A stretch of 64,000 nt of DNA, taken from Marsupella aquatica. Taxonomy: Eukaryota > Plantae > Marchantiophyta. Of the stretch, positions 27,601 through 39,490 are shown piece by piece. The stretch is from the NCBI GenBank assembly GCA_973895155.1, contig OZ316898.1:808751-872750 (forward strand), given 5' to 3'. The notes under the pieces were generated by a model. The model worked only from the letters and a program-made list of their open reading frames with translations. It was not told the DNA's origin and searched no databases. The position numbers and the translations under genes are program-made. Each line of letters opens with the position of its first letter. Position 1 is the first letter of the stretch.

Positions 27601-30408
27601 CACTTGTAGCAGCAGCAAGCAAAGAAAGAACCGACATAACCTCTTGTGTAAATACTACATACAAACCAACAACCCACAAAACATCGGCTACTATATCTAG
27701 GTATAATATATTTGCGTAAAGGAGCCTTGAAAATAAAATAAAAACATCGGCCACAATTGGAAATCTATTGTAACTTGAACGAAGTAGTGGTTATACAGAT
27801 AAAAGTGCTGCCCAAAGCAACAACATAGAACTCTGAATGTAAAAACTTTATCGTGCTAAACACATCAAGCGCACCAGAATGAGACAAGGAAACAGATTCA
27901 AGGAAAATTCACAATCGTATCAAAATGGAAGGTTCAAGAACAAACATCCACATTCAAAAGAGGAATGAAACTTTGAAGAGAAGTTTAGCTAGTCTATAAG
28001 TGAACACAACATTCAGCATACCTTTATCGTGAGTTACTATTTAAACCAGGTTGATAGTTTGGCCTTCCTCTTAAGTCCATCTGCAAAATTCTGAAGAATG
28101 TTGTATAAGAGTTTTAGAACAAAGACCCTCTGTTCTATATCTTAACCTTGACTGAGGTAAAGGTGATCACCAAAACTAGACGGGGCACTCTAAAGGTCCG
28201 GCGAGTACTAAAGTAACATTTTCTAGCCGTTGGAATACCTCACTAATCCTACGAGCTACAAAGTATTGACGAAGAGGATCGATAGATTACCAGTATAGAA
28301 ATTCCTAATGTACACTAGGAAATTCCAGTGTACATTAGAAGTGTACAATTCGCAAATTCAAAACAAACCGCATGACAAGCAACGATGAACCACCATTATT
28401 ACAAGGAGTAGGACAAAACAGGATCCAATTCACCATCCTCAAACAATGACATTGCGTTCTCCTTTGCACAATGGGTCGTCTCTCCAATAACAGATGTGCT
28501 TCAGGAATGTGGTCCGTACCAAATAGCACCTTCCTACCAAAATGTCAAGTGCTGGAAAAGAGTCATTGGTGAATACATCGGCTGCTATACCGAAGGAAAT
28601 CACAGATCAGTTCTGCACAGGGACGCTTTGAGGGAATATTTCAGTTGATTTGAGTTGCGAGCTGTATTAATAGAATTCATGTTAATAAAGAGCTTATGAT
28701 ATCTCAATAACGAAGTATTATCACATCATAGTGGAAACGAACATGGAATTTCGACAATCAAGTGAAAGGCAAAGAACACTTCTTGAGATGCCAGGAGCTA
28801 TTGCTGCATTGCTTCCCTCGGAAGGACGGAAATCGAATCCTATGGGGGCGAGGCCTGTAACCATAAGATCACCAAAAAGCCTGCAACGTCACCAAAAAGC
28901 AGCACATGTCGACGACATACGCATCAAGCTATACAAAAAGCCACGAGACAAGGGACATGCACCGACCAAGAGTTGATTGTAGCCCACACCAGTAAACTTG
29001 AAAGGGATGGAAGATACTGGCAGGAAGGTAGAGGGACACGGGTGTCAACGTAAAGAGCCGATTCTTGATGTCATAATCTGTAAGAAAATCTGTACCAGCC
29101 ACAGACAAGTCGCACCATATCCACCACCATGCTTAAGAACTGTTCGTATTAGTACATCTGTATGGTAGAGACCTCATCTCAGGTGGTAGATCGAAAAGAA
29201 GAAATGTTAACCAGTAAGCCCTCAACAGTATAAACTAACAAACAAATGTATCGTAAAACAAACAAAACTGCCAGGTGCAAAAGCTTGAATTGCAGACAAG
29301 TAGAACAAATTGCAGAACTACGCCAAAGCAACAACGATAGTCGCAACTCGATCAGTTCTGGAAAAACATTGGCTACAAGAGTAGAAGAGCAACCACTTAA
29401 TGAGTGGATCGCATTCGTACAAAGCAAACACTACAAAAAGCTCAAAAATTGACCCAGACTTGAGAAAAAGGACCACAACCCTTAACTGTTCAAATTGAAC
29501 TTGAATTTTCATCGAGTTGTGCTCTGAGGAGACTGGTAGAACTACGTCTTCTTACTTCCGAAGTTTTCGTTATGACAAAACTAGACAATCCCACATCTAT
29601 GCAGAAATGTTCAACAGAAGATTAACAACAAGTTGCTCCTGTTCTTCTAGGTTTCGGAAATATTGCAAAATTGATTGACACATACATACTCCAGAATGCC
29701 GATTCGTGGGCTTTCACTTCCGCCTTAGGAGGCACACTCCAAGTAAGAGAACTTGATCACATTCGTTCGACTTCCATGTTACCGGTTGAAAACCATCAAA
29801 ATTAAACATGAGACCAAGATAAGAATATTTTAAAGAATTTGAAAAACGGAAAGTGCCAGACCTTTAATTTATAGTTTAATCAGGTCAATCAACCTTACAA
29901 CCAGCAAGAGTACCAATCAAGTCCAACGAACCTTTCTTGAAGGTACCTAAAACCTGTGTACGACAATAGCCACTGTACTCAAAACAGATATGCTGCAACC
30001 AATATACTCAACTGCATCTGTACCTTATGACTCCAAGTGGTGAAGAGACACAAGATCAATATCAGATCTAATTACATTTCAAACTGAAGTCCCATGCTAG
30101 AGAACTCAAATGAACTCGAACCAGAGTGCTAAAAAGTTGAACAGATTCGATCTTGGGAATATTCCTCCACATTCTCGGAACAGTCACGTAAGGCTCATGC
30201 TGTAGATGTTTGCTTTGTATCGCCTGCAGTTACCAGTCCGCGAGACAATACGTATCTGATCAAGGCGCAGTAGCATAACTAAATCACATCAGCAGGGAGA
30301 CGCTACGAATAGTTGAACGACCCCAACATTTCACAAGATACAAGATCCCAATGTCTGAAAATTATAGCAAATTTCTGAAACACATACCGTCTCGAATCCA
30401 GCTAGAAA

Positions 30409-30516
30409 GGGTACAGACAAACCGTTTCACTCATGTGGGGTGCACTAGCAATCCCCACCCATGGGTACAGACAAACCGTTTCACTCATATGGGGTGCACT
30501 AGCAATCCCCACCCAT
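30409..30516. repeat. Tandem duplication, 2 x 54 bp with one mismatch, each copy containing a small hairpin
   Basis: GGGTACAGACAAACCGTTTCACTCAT(G/A)TGGGGTGCACTAGCAATCCCCACCCAT occurs twice, with an internal TGGGG/CCCCA stem. Confidence 0.95.
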
Positions 30517-31189
30517 CCACGCGCACTGGCAACAATAATGTACAAACTATCATTAGACAGCAGACCACACCACTGCACAGGCAGATCATATGAATGAAAC
30601 CGTCAAATTAAATAGTAACCTACTTATCGTTCCCCACGAAATCAGAAATAAGTAAAGATAAATTGGTCGAAGGGTCAGAGGAGGAGAGGATGCTAGGAGC
30701 AACACGAGACTTCTACTCTTGACGTCCTCATAGTGCGTCCCTAAAGTCCCAGAAAGGCATTTAGATGACGTATTGAACTACGATCACAACTCAGGGAGAC
30801 GTGTGAAGTTCAAAAAAAATTCTTTAAAAAACCAGATTAGATGAGCAAGGGTCTAGGTAATCCCAAGATAATCCCAAGTTGTTATGCTGCTCCGTTTCGA
30901 AATAATTTCCAATTGCTTGTTCGATCGGGGTGAGGAGAATAGCATCGGGGACGAAGTGTCCACCTCCCCACACAACACCAACCCTGTGGCAACAGTCTAC
31001 GGAAGAGAAAACGAAGTGCACTCGGCTGGCTGTGTCAAGATATAAACTCCAACAAGAACATGGGTAAAGAAAGTAAATAGCTTTAGGGTCAAAAACAGGA
31101 TTATTAAAACACTAGATTGGGGATAAAAACCATTCCCCAAGAGTTGATCCTTATCTCCAAAGCGAGTTGTGGTGAGTTTCTTCCATAGT

Positions 31190-33550
31190 CTACAGCTGCA
31201 CAACAGTAGAGAAAGGCGGATAAAACTGTTCTTAGCTAGCTACTTAGAGGGCTCCATTCCCACGACAAACGAACCGACCGTGACAAGTTTACAACTCTGA
31301 ACAATGGAATACAATAAGGTACAAGTACCGAGGGTACTTAGGGGTTCGACGAGAGTAAGATGGCCGTCGTGTCCTGTAGTAAATCAGGTGTTTGAAGAGC
31401 AACACTCAATCTTGCCACCTGCAACGTAGAAAAGAGGAAGTACTGTTCTTAGCTCCAAAAGCTACTCGAAGGCTTCATGACCACGACGAACGAATGCAGC
31501 TTGTCAAGTAAACTCTAAATAACAGAAAGAAGCTAGTTCCAGTACGAGGGCACTTAGGGTTTGGCGAAACTAAGAAGGTCGTCGTTTCCTGTTGTGAATC
31601 AGGTGTCTGAAGAGCAAAACTCCAGCGTTCCACCTGTAACAACGTTGAGAAGAGGAACTATGCTCAGCTAGCTACTTGAAGGGTTTCATCGCCACGGCAC
31701 TTAGGGTGTGGCAGACTAAGAAGGCCGTCGTTTGCTGCTGTGGTTCAGGTGTTTGACGAGCAGAACTCCAGCTTTCCACCTGGAACAACGTGGAGAAGAT
31801 GACGAACTGTTCTTAGTTTGCTATTTGAAAGGCTTCACGACGAACCAATTCACTGTGTCATGTAAACATTCAACAACAGAATGCAATTAGATACAGTATA
31901 GAGGGCATTTGGGGTTTGGCGAAACTAAGAAGGTCGTCGTTTCCTGTTGTGGTTCAGGTGTTTGAAGAGCATGACTTCAACTCTCAACCTGCGACAACGA
32001 CGAGAAGCGGAAGAACTGTTCTTAGCGAGCTACTTGAAGGGCTTCGTGAACACGACGAACAACTCAGCCTGTCGAGTAACTTTGAACAATAAAGAGCAAG
32101 TAGTTATTGTATGAAGGGAACTCAGAGTTTTGACGAGACTGAGAAGATCGCCGTTTCCTACTGTGGTTCAGATATTCGAAGGGCCCAGCTGTGCACCTGC
32201 AACAACGTAGAGAAGAGCAAGAACTGTTTTTAGCTAGCTACTTATATGCTTCGTCACCACGACGAACCACCTCACCATGTAAGTCATCTTTTGAACCACA
32301 GAATGCAAATATATAGTGTCTAGGTATGAAGGCGCGCTTAGGGATGGACGAGACTGAAGATCGCCGGTTCAAATGTCCGCAAGGCGCACTCCAACTTTCC
32401 ACCTGCGCCGTGAGGACAAAAAACACTTACCTCAGCTGACTACGAAAGACCAAGTTCCTTGTCAAGAAGCTTCAAGAAGAAAGTAAACGATAAGAGAACC
32501 CAAAATGTGGACAAAATAAGTAGTGGAGGGTCCTCGTCAAAGTCGACAACACATGAAAGCTCTTGCGAATTACAATTCGAAGCCATGACAAGTTTCAAGA
32601 ACCACTTCAACTCTACACCTGCGCCAACATTCAGAGAGCAACATGACATTGTTCGCAACTGGCTTCAAATCTGAAATCGCGATAACCGGGAGAAATTTGA
32701 AAAATGGAAGAATGCGAGGTTCCCAAAGTGTAAATTCAACTCTATGAAGAGTCGAAAGCCTCCAGGGGCGTGGAGCACCAAATCGATTATCCTCCTGCGT
32801 CAACCGCAGATGGAAAGAAATCCCATGGTTCTTAGCTGGCTGCATAAGCAAACCTTCGTGCCAACAAGAAAAGAGGATTGCCCGTGCAAAGAACGTTCTT
32901 AACTAAGAACGAATTTTAGAACTAGTTGAAAATTCGTGACTAGTAGATTCATCAAGAGCAGAACGCCCCAGTGGTTACTTCACCACACTGACTTTCATGA
33001 GCTTCAAGCATGACTCCAATTTTCGACCTGCATCACCGTTAATGGAGGAAAATCACTTTGACCTTAAGCTCGCTGCAGAAGGAAACATTCGTGACTACGA
33101 AGAAAGAGGTTTGCCCACCTAACAAAAGACTTCAAATCAGGAGAAAAGCGAGATAACTACACGAGAAATGAGTTGAAATGAGTTTCGATATATAAAACAG
33201 TATAAAACTTATGATGAAACTTCCCAGTGCAGAAGGATCTTCCCAGAGCAGCCGCGAAATGGTTCTATAATCACACCAAGGTTTACACCTGCACCAACAT
33301 CGAGAGGGGAAGAAGACAACCCACTCTTAGCTGCCTGAACGGAGATTGTGCCCGGCACATGAACGTAACAAATGAGTAAGGCAGGGCTGAATGGACACTC
33401 GTCATTCGACGAAAAAAATTCTCACGGTTGCCATGTGCAAATTCGATCATCATAAAAGCATTCAGTCCTACCAATAAGAGTTCACCACCCAGACTACAGT
33501 TCTGCGTCTTAGTCGATGAAAGATAAAGAACCTTTCTCAGCTGACGGCCA
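31190..33550 (-). repeat. Diverged tandem array of ~12 units (146-261 bp, mostly ~210), each carrying a minus-strand branch point, pyrimidine tract and CAG 3' splice-site module
   Basis: The plus-strand anchor (C)CTGC-like motif occurs at 31196, 31419, 31634, 31780, 31989, 32197, 32403, 32619, 32795, 33028, 33289 and 33502. Each is followed by a purine-rich tract and TT/TC-AGC. The units at 31196-32400 align over their full length; the distal units retain mainly the splice module. Confidence 0.85.
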
Positions 33551-34772
33551 TGCTCATACCCATAAGCATGACGTAAAAATTCATACAAAAGCTAGTCTCG
33601 AAGTCACATGTACTGAGATGCACAATTTGGGCACTGGAGAATAAAAAAAGGAAGACAGACGGCTTGGATGCTGATCTTCGACAACAATACTCCTCAGGAT
33701 ATTATACCCTTGCAAATAAATTGAAAGAGGTAGAACCGGTGAGAGCAAGAACGTAAGATCACGTATTGTGGTGGACACTGACGACGCTCGCTGATGCCTA
33801 CGAATACAATGCCTGCTCAGCAGTTTGCTTCCCTCCATCACAAGTTTCAGCACCCAGATGCGAATTCGTCGCTGTCGTGATTAACCAACACCATGTCATT
33901 ACCAAATAAATCATCTTGGACCCACGAGAGTGAAATCACAATCATATCATGCAAAACAAGTCTCGATACGTCCTGACACCATTTAAATCAAACATCGAAC
34001 TACTCCTGGACGGTTGGAAAGAATAGACGAAAGATGAACGGGCTGTTAGGAGGGGTGTTGCCCTGATATGATAAGCGCTGAACGTTCTCGAGAAATATAG
34101 CAGAACACGGCCACGGACTCTGTGGTATGGCAAAAACGGGCAGAGGTAGTCTCAGAAAGAACAAACGACCTCCCAATCAATCGTTTGCGAGGAGAAAATT
34201 TGGAAGAATGACGAACATATGATGACAAATATCAAATTCAAATTTTCAACATTCGGCGGACAAGGAATCCCCCTGTACTTTTGGAGTCACGCATAAGTCA
34301 GCTGGCACTCCTGAACACCACGGCTGAAAATCTTGTCCACGTTGCACGAGAAATGACAAGTTCACGACAGGCGCAGTTGTGCGACATGGGGTAGGGTGTT
34401 TAACCAGCGTACTCTACAACCATGTTAGACACCGGAAAACGGCTCAGAAAGCCACAAAGATTGTGATCACTAAGTTGCATATCAAGTTGCAACAGAAGGA
34501 AAAGGCAAGCCTGCTACTCTAGTAAGAAAGGAAAAGCGAGCCCGCTATGTCATTGAAACATTTTTTCTGAAATCTCCGCCAGCCGACTTCAACTTAGATC
34601 ACTCCTGTACATGCAATTTGGCAGGCAGAAAATGTCAAGGAGCGAAACAAGCTTGGAGTGATGTGACGCTTTTCTTTCTTATAAAATCGGGGTTACTGGA
34701 ATTATACTAAGGGAGATCTATACCATATCACCACTTATAGCTATAATAGTACGCAAAGAATGAAGCTGAAGC

Positions 34773-35086
34773 TATCAGGCAACAACTAAGTGCTAGACCC
34801 ACAATACATCTGTAAATCCAGAAAATGTCGTGTCTTTAACTCCCTGATGAAGAAGTGTTCACTCAAAGACTCTTTGCATCAAGATGTATCCCACTTTGCT
34901 AGCGATCATCCTCCCCGTTTTACTCAGTATCAGGCAACAACTAAGTGCTAGACCCACTATACATCTGTAAATCCAGAAAATGTCGTGTCTTTAACTCCCT
35001 GATGAAGAAGTGTTCACTCAAAGACTCTTTGCATCAAGATGTATCCCACTTTGCTAGCGATCATCCTCCCCGTTTTACTCAGTATC
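34773..35086. repeat. Near-perfect tandem duplication, 2 x 155 bp
   Basis: TATCAGGCAACAACTAAGTGC...CCCCGTTTTACTCAG starts at 34773 and 34928, with one visible mismatch. Confidence 0.95.
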
Positions 35087-38000
35087 TACATAAGGAACAC
35101 GGTTTCAGCAGCTCGCAGGCAAAGACGCCTAAGCAAACGGCATAATAACATATTCAAAGCACACGCAAGAGTTATCCCGAGTAACAAGATGAAACAATGC
35201 TGAGATTAAATTAACAACAACATTTCACAACAGCGTCTCCCTCATATGTGCAGAGAACTCTCTGATGGGCCGACAAAGCCAGTCGCTCAGGTTCAACAGC
35301 TTCACAACTCCTCTATCATTTGATAACGTGTACAACAATTTGGTCTTTGGATCTCTCAAGCCGTTTCGTCTCCAAACGCTCTACATAAGGAACACAAACA
35401 TGGAAGGACCACAAATCTGAGAAGATGAGGCAAATGCCTGAACAGACGCCTAGATAGTTGCAACCGTCAAGAACGAAATGACCATTACATAAGGTCTCTC
35501 TAAGCGCTCATAAAGGCCAAGGCTCAAAAACATCAGCAATTTGATACTAAACCCGATCACCGTGCTAACTTCAATTCTGACGTTAAAAAAATGTACTCCT
35601 GGCGCGCGGTGCTTCTTAATCAGCTGACGTCTACACAGATCATCCCAACTGCACTCTCGTCGACACAAGGAGCACAGACTTTGAGCAGCTAGCAAGCTGA
35701 TATGAAGAGGTAGACGCTGGACACAAAGGAGACAGTAGGAAATATCTCAACGACTCTGCAAGCATAGTGCACGAAGGCTCCTCCTATTATTTAGAATAAA
35801 TCGGTTCCGGATGTAGAGAGTTGTGAATCTTCGCTCGAAAGCCAGTAGATGGTAGAATCAACTGCATATGACAAATTCGCGCCGCATATATTTCCGGCCT
35901 CCGAGATCTGTGCATGACCACAGTACTCAGCAGCACGAATTTAAACGTTCTTCCAAGCAGTGTCCAAATGGATCCTTTCAGAAACTTCTCTGTGAACTGA
36001 AGAAAAGTTGACTGATACTTATCCAACCTTAAGATTGAAAGGCTCCTCAACTTCCAAGTTGCAAAGGCGGCTATTGTACATGGATTCCCAAGCGACGCTA
36101 ATGATTCATCGTCCAATCCCGGCAACAGCCAAGGCACAAGAGCCCAGCCGCCCAGAAGAACGAAGAAAACAAATCCCCGTAAGAGCAGAAGAGATGGCAA
36201 TGTAAGCATCCTCAACAGAATTCTTTCAAACACTGAGCAGAAAAGTCCACATAGTTCTCGCAGGTTGCGAACCTCAAACGGAGCTACTGCCCACCTTCCA
36301 GTCCCACCGAAATCTACATGACGGCAAAGTAATTCAGCTGATAAGCGCCACAGCAGAGAGACAAACGCCAACAGGATGGAGAGATGACAGTTCAGCAGTT
36401 CAAGAAACATAGCGAAGAGCTCTTCTATTCCCGCATATGAGAACTCCCCAACGGAAGCAACAGATCAATCCGGGTTCGAAAAGAGTTCCTGCTGACGATG
36501 TTATAGTGCATCTGACAGCGCTGGTAACTTCAGAACAAATCCAAGCATTCAGCTATCTGCAAGCTGAGATAAAAAAACGGCTACGTCCAGATTCTCGCAG
36601 ATGCACTGCAGTGCCGCATGAACATTCAGTGGTATACGAAGGAATTCGCTGTCGGCTTCCATCCTGATGAGTACTCCTCGCGGATTAGTCAAGCAGCAGT
36701 GTCGTGCTTGCTCCGTGGCTCCCATCGTCATCATAGACCTAGGTAGCACCAAATTGAAGAGCCAGTAACCGGACGCTTCAAAATCAAACTTCGTGCCGAA
36801 AGGGTAAACATTATCAAGATAAAACCATCTGTACCCTGGAAGAGAACTGAAGTTCGGCCGCTTCTTGATGACATTAATGCTGGAAGAGTCGGGTACAATA
36901 CACGCAGCCTCACATCCTCGGCAACTCTCATCTCCTCAACAATTCAAATAGACAAGAACTTAGACAACCCCGAGCCGGCCCGACCGTCACAAGTAAACAT
37001 GACAGAAGTTTTGAAGCGGTATCACCAAGAAAACTAGTTTTCCATGAAAACACTAGCAGAACCAAACGATAGCAACCATGACCGGCTCGTTGAGCAGCTC
37101 CTTGACTCCGAGACGCATCTCCCGTACACCCACGAACCTCAAGTCGAAAACATTCGGCTTACCACTTTCCTGCTACTATCAACATCCCAGTCAACTCCTT
37201 CAGTAGCCCACAGTTTGGGCCAACTTTTCCGTCGCCCAAACGTCTCCCTCACATGCTAGCTCCCACCTTTGAATCTGATGACAAAAATTGCTGAAGGAAA
37301 ATTGCGTCCGACCCAAAATAGTGGACACCGACATTGGTTGAATATGAGCACAAAGAAAGGAATTTAACCCATCTCAACTATCTCGGTGAAGCGCGTGGTC
37401 AACAGGGAGAGTGGACTTCACGCTGTGAGTTTCAGCATTATCTTGCGCTTGAAGTAAAACGCTCGCCTCTGTTTCACCACCACTCACAACCTTTCATACT
37501 ACGCCAGCACAGTCCTGCATCGAGCCTGTTCACATGACAGGCGGGTCTAGCAGTTGAAAGTCCCCAGTGCTAAAAGAGTTTCAGCGAGATTATTCACCTC
37601 CTGCCAAGAACTGGATCTATGGCCTAAGTGAGGTACCGCTCTGACAGACTGGCTTCGACGGGCTCCCTGCACAACGACCCAGACATTCCAACTATCCAGA
37701 AAAAGTAGTCCTCGAGAAAAACTATTACAGGTTTTCCTCGAGTCTAGTGTGTTCCCATCCATTTCAACATCTGACGTCTAAAGTGGATCTAAGATTCATC
37801 ATCTTAACAGACACTGAAACTAGTGAAAAGTACATCACCACCGAATCAGTCGATCGTATCCCGCATTCTCTCAACGACGACAAGCTGCACCTACGCCGCT
37901 CCCATCAGAGAATTAAAGATTCCCTGCACATGGACCGACGCATTCCAAACAATCCCCGGAAACAATCCCTGTCCTCAACGAGTTCATCCATAACTGCTAC

Positions 38001-38665
38001 CAGCAAACTTCAATCCACAACTTGGCCAAAATCAACCGGAGCGCTTGGAGCTCAGGATGTACACTATCAGGCGCTCGTCAGGAGAAATCTCCAACTGTTC
38101 AAGGTCACCTGCATCCTCGAGGACATTCCGGAGTAGTCCTGCACAAATACCGACATCTGATACCAGTTTGGAAAGAAACTTCGCAGACATACTCGGAGAA
38201 CCAACTCGACGACCCAAGCTATAAAGCTTAATAACATGGCGAGTCGCAATGAACGAGACATAGCGAGAAAACTTCCCCGCCCAACAGAGATCTCATCCAC
38301 CGCCTCCCACATCGTCATTCCAACGCTTCCTCCTCAGGAAAAGCAGTCCCATCCACCAACCAACCCCGGAAGGCAGTGCATCTGACGGGGCAAAATCAAC
38401 ATGCCCAAATCCTTCTAACATTCCAGATTGAAAACCCAGACACCGCCGCTGCGCAACAGGAAAACCCATCGCATCAAACTGACCCGTGAAGGTCAAACAT
38501 CAATCTCAAAACAAAACAACCATCCTCCACTAGTCCGGGACTGCCTCGGCGCCTCGCAGACTGAGAACTCTACCGACGCCAGAAAAAAACCTCCCGCATC
38601 TTGGCACGCCAACATTCTCAACAAAGACAAACTACACAACACTTTTCCAGACCGTGGCGCTTCTC

Positions 38666-38673
38666 TTTATATA
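38666..38673 (-). promoter_or_regulatory. TATA box (TATATAAA) of the putative minus-strand transcript
   Basis: Consensus TATA motif lying between a GC-rich proximal-promoter-like segment (38900-39250) and a GU-rich leader. Confidence 0.5.
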
Positions 38674-39331
38674 TTGTCTTGAACCAGCCATCAAGAAGCC
38701 ATCTCTACCCGAGCTGGAAGCTTTGAGTACAAGCCAAGTAGCCAACAGAACCCACGCATCCCATCCGACCTTTGCTCCGTTGCTGCCGCAACCGCAGCAG
38801 CTCGAGAACGAGAACGAGAACGATGAACTGACAGCGCACCATTGGGACCATAATAACTACACGGTAGAGACTAGAGAGTTCGTCTAGTCCAGAAGAAGCT
38901 GCCCAAGCCACGCGACGGGGTGGGTCCCGTGGACGACACGTCTAGTGGGGGGGCGTCCCACTCCTCGAGGAGGGAGGAGGGAGGAGGGGGATAGGGCCCA
39001 CCGAGGAACGAACCGATCAACATCTCAACACGACAGTGCCGGGTGGCGACTCCGTCAACGAAACGTGTTTGGGCGGTGCCGACTCGCCCCACCCACCACA
39101 TCACCGATCGATCTGCGCCGTATATCGTGGGGGATCGATACGACACGTTACGAGGAAGTTATTTCGCTCTAACTGTATTTGGAGGGTCGATCGCGCAGTC
39201 GTTGCCATCGGTATCCACTGAAGCGCTTGTGAGGGCGTCGTTACAAAAAAAACTCCGTTTCAGGTTGCATTAGCCCTCAAAGCGGTTTCAGGTTGCACCA
39301 CTTACAAGTTCACTCAATCAATTGCATTACT

Positions 39332-39490
39332 TGAAGGATTTGCTTGATGGGAGCTCAAAATGAATTGCACTCCTTCAAGGACCCCTAAGTTTTGGGTTCA
39401 TTGATTCAAAGTAGATCAATGGCCTAGATCACTCAGGGGTCCTATCAAGTAACAAGTTTCATTTTGGGGTCCCATCAAGCAAATCCCTCA
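39332..39490. mobile_element. MITE-like foldback element (159 bp) with ~33-bp TIRs and a probable 3-bp TSD (ACT)
   Basis: TGAAGGATTTGCTTGATGGGAGCTCAAAATGAA pairs with TTCATTTTGGGGTCCCATCAAGCAAATCCCTCA. An inner IR AGGACCCCTAAGT/ACTCAGGGGTCCT is present, and ACT flanks both sides (39329-39331, 39491-39493). Confidence 0.7.

Larger units (their letters stand above)
27169..38640 (-). ncRNA. Putative long spliced non-coding RNA or very long 5' leader (extent uncertain)
   Basis: There is a minus-strand TATATAAA at 38673-38666 with a GC/GA-rich upstream region, and U/G-rich minus-strand composition over ~11 kb. Canonical donors occur at 32430 (GAG|GTAAGT), 28020 (AAG|GTATGC) and 27168 (ATG|GTGAGT). 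A candidate 60-nt exon at 28080-28021 has stops in all frames, and no credible ORF is present. Confidence 0.4.

Noticed and set aside
31670-32050. TTGAAGGGCTTC in the array resembling miR159/miR319
   Set aside because: The match is too short and gapped to be a mature miRNA or a target mimic.
35787-36410. 207-aa minus-strand ORF
   Set aside because: No recognisable domain, and the Leu/Phe/Val bias is explained by the U-rich strand composition.
38304-38314. TCCCACATCG match to the plant snRNA USE element (weaker match at ~29589)
   Set aside because: No TATA at the required spacing and no recognisable snRNA, 7SL, MRP or telomerase RNA downstream.
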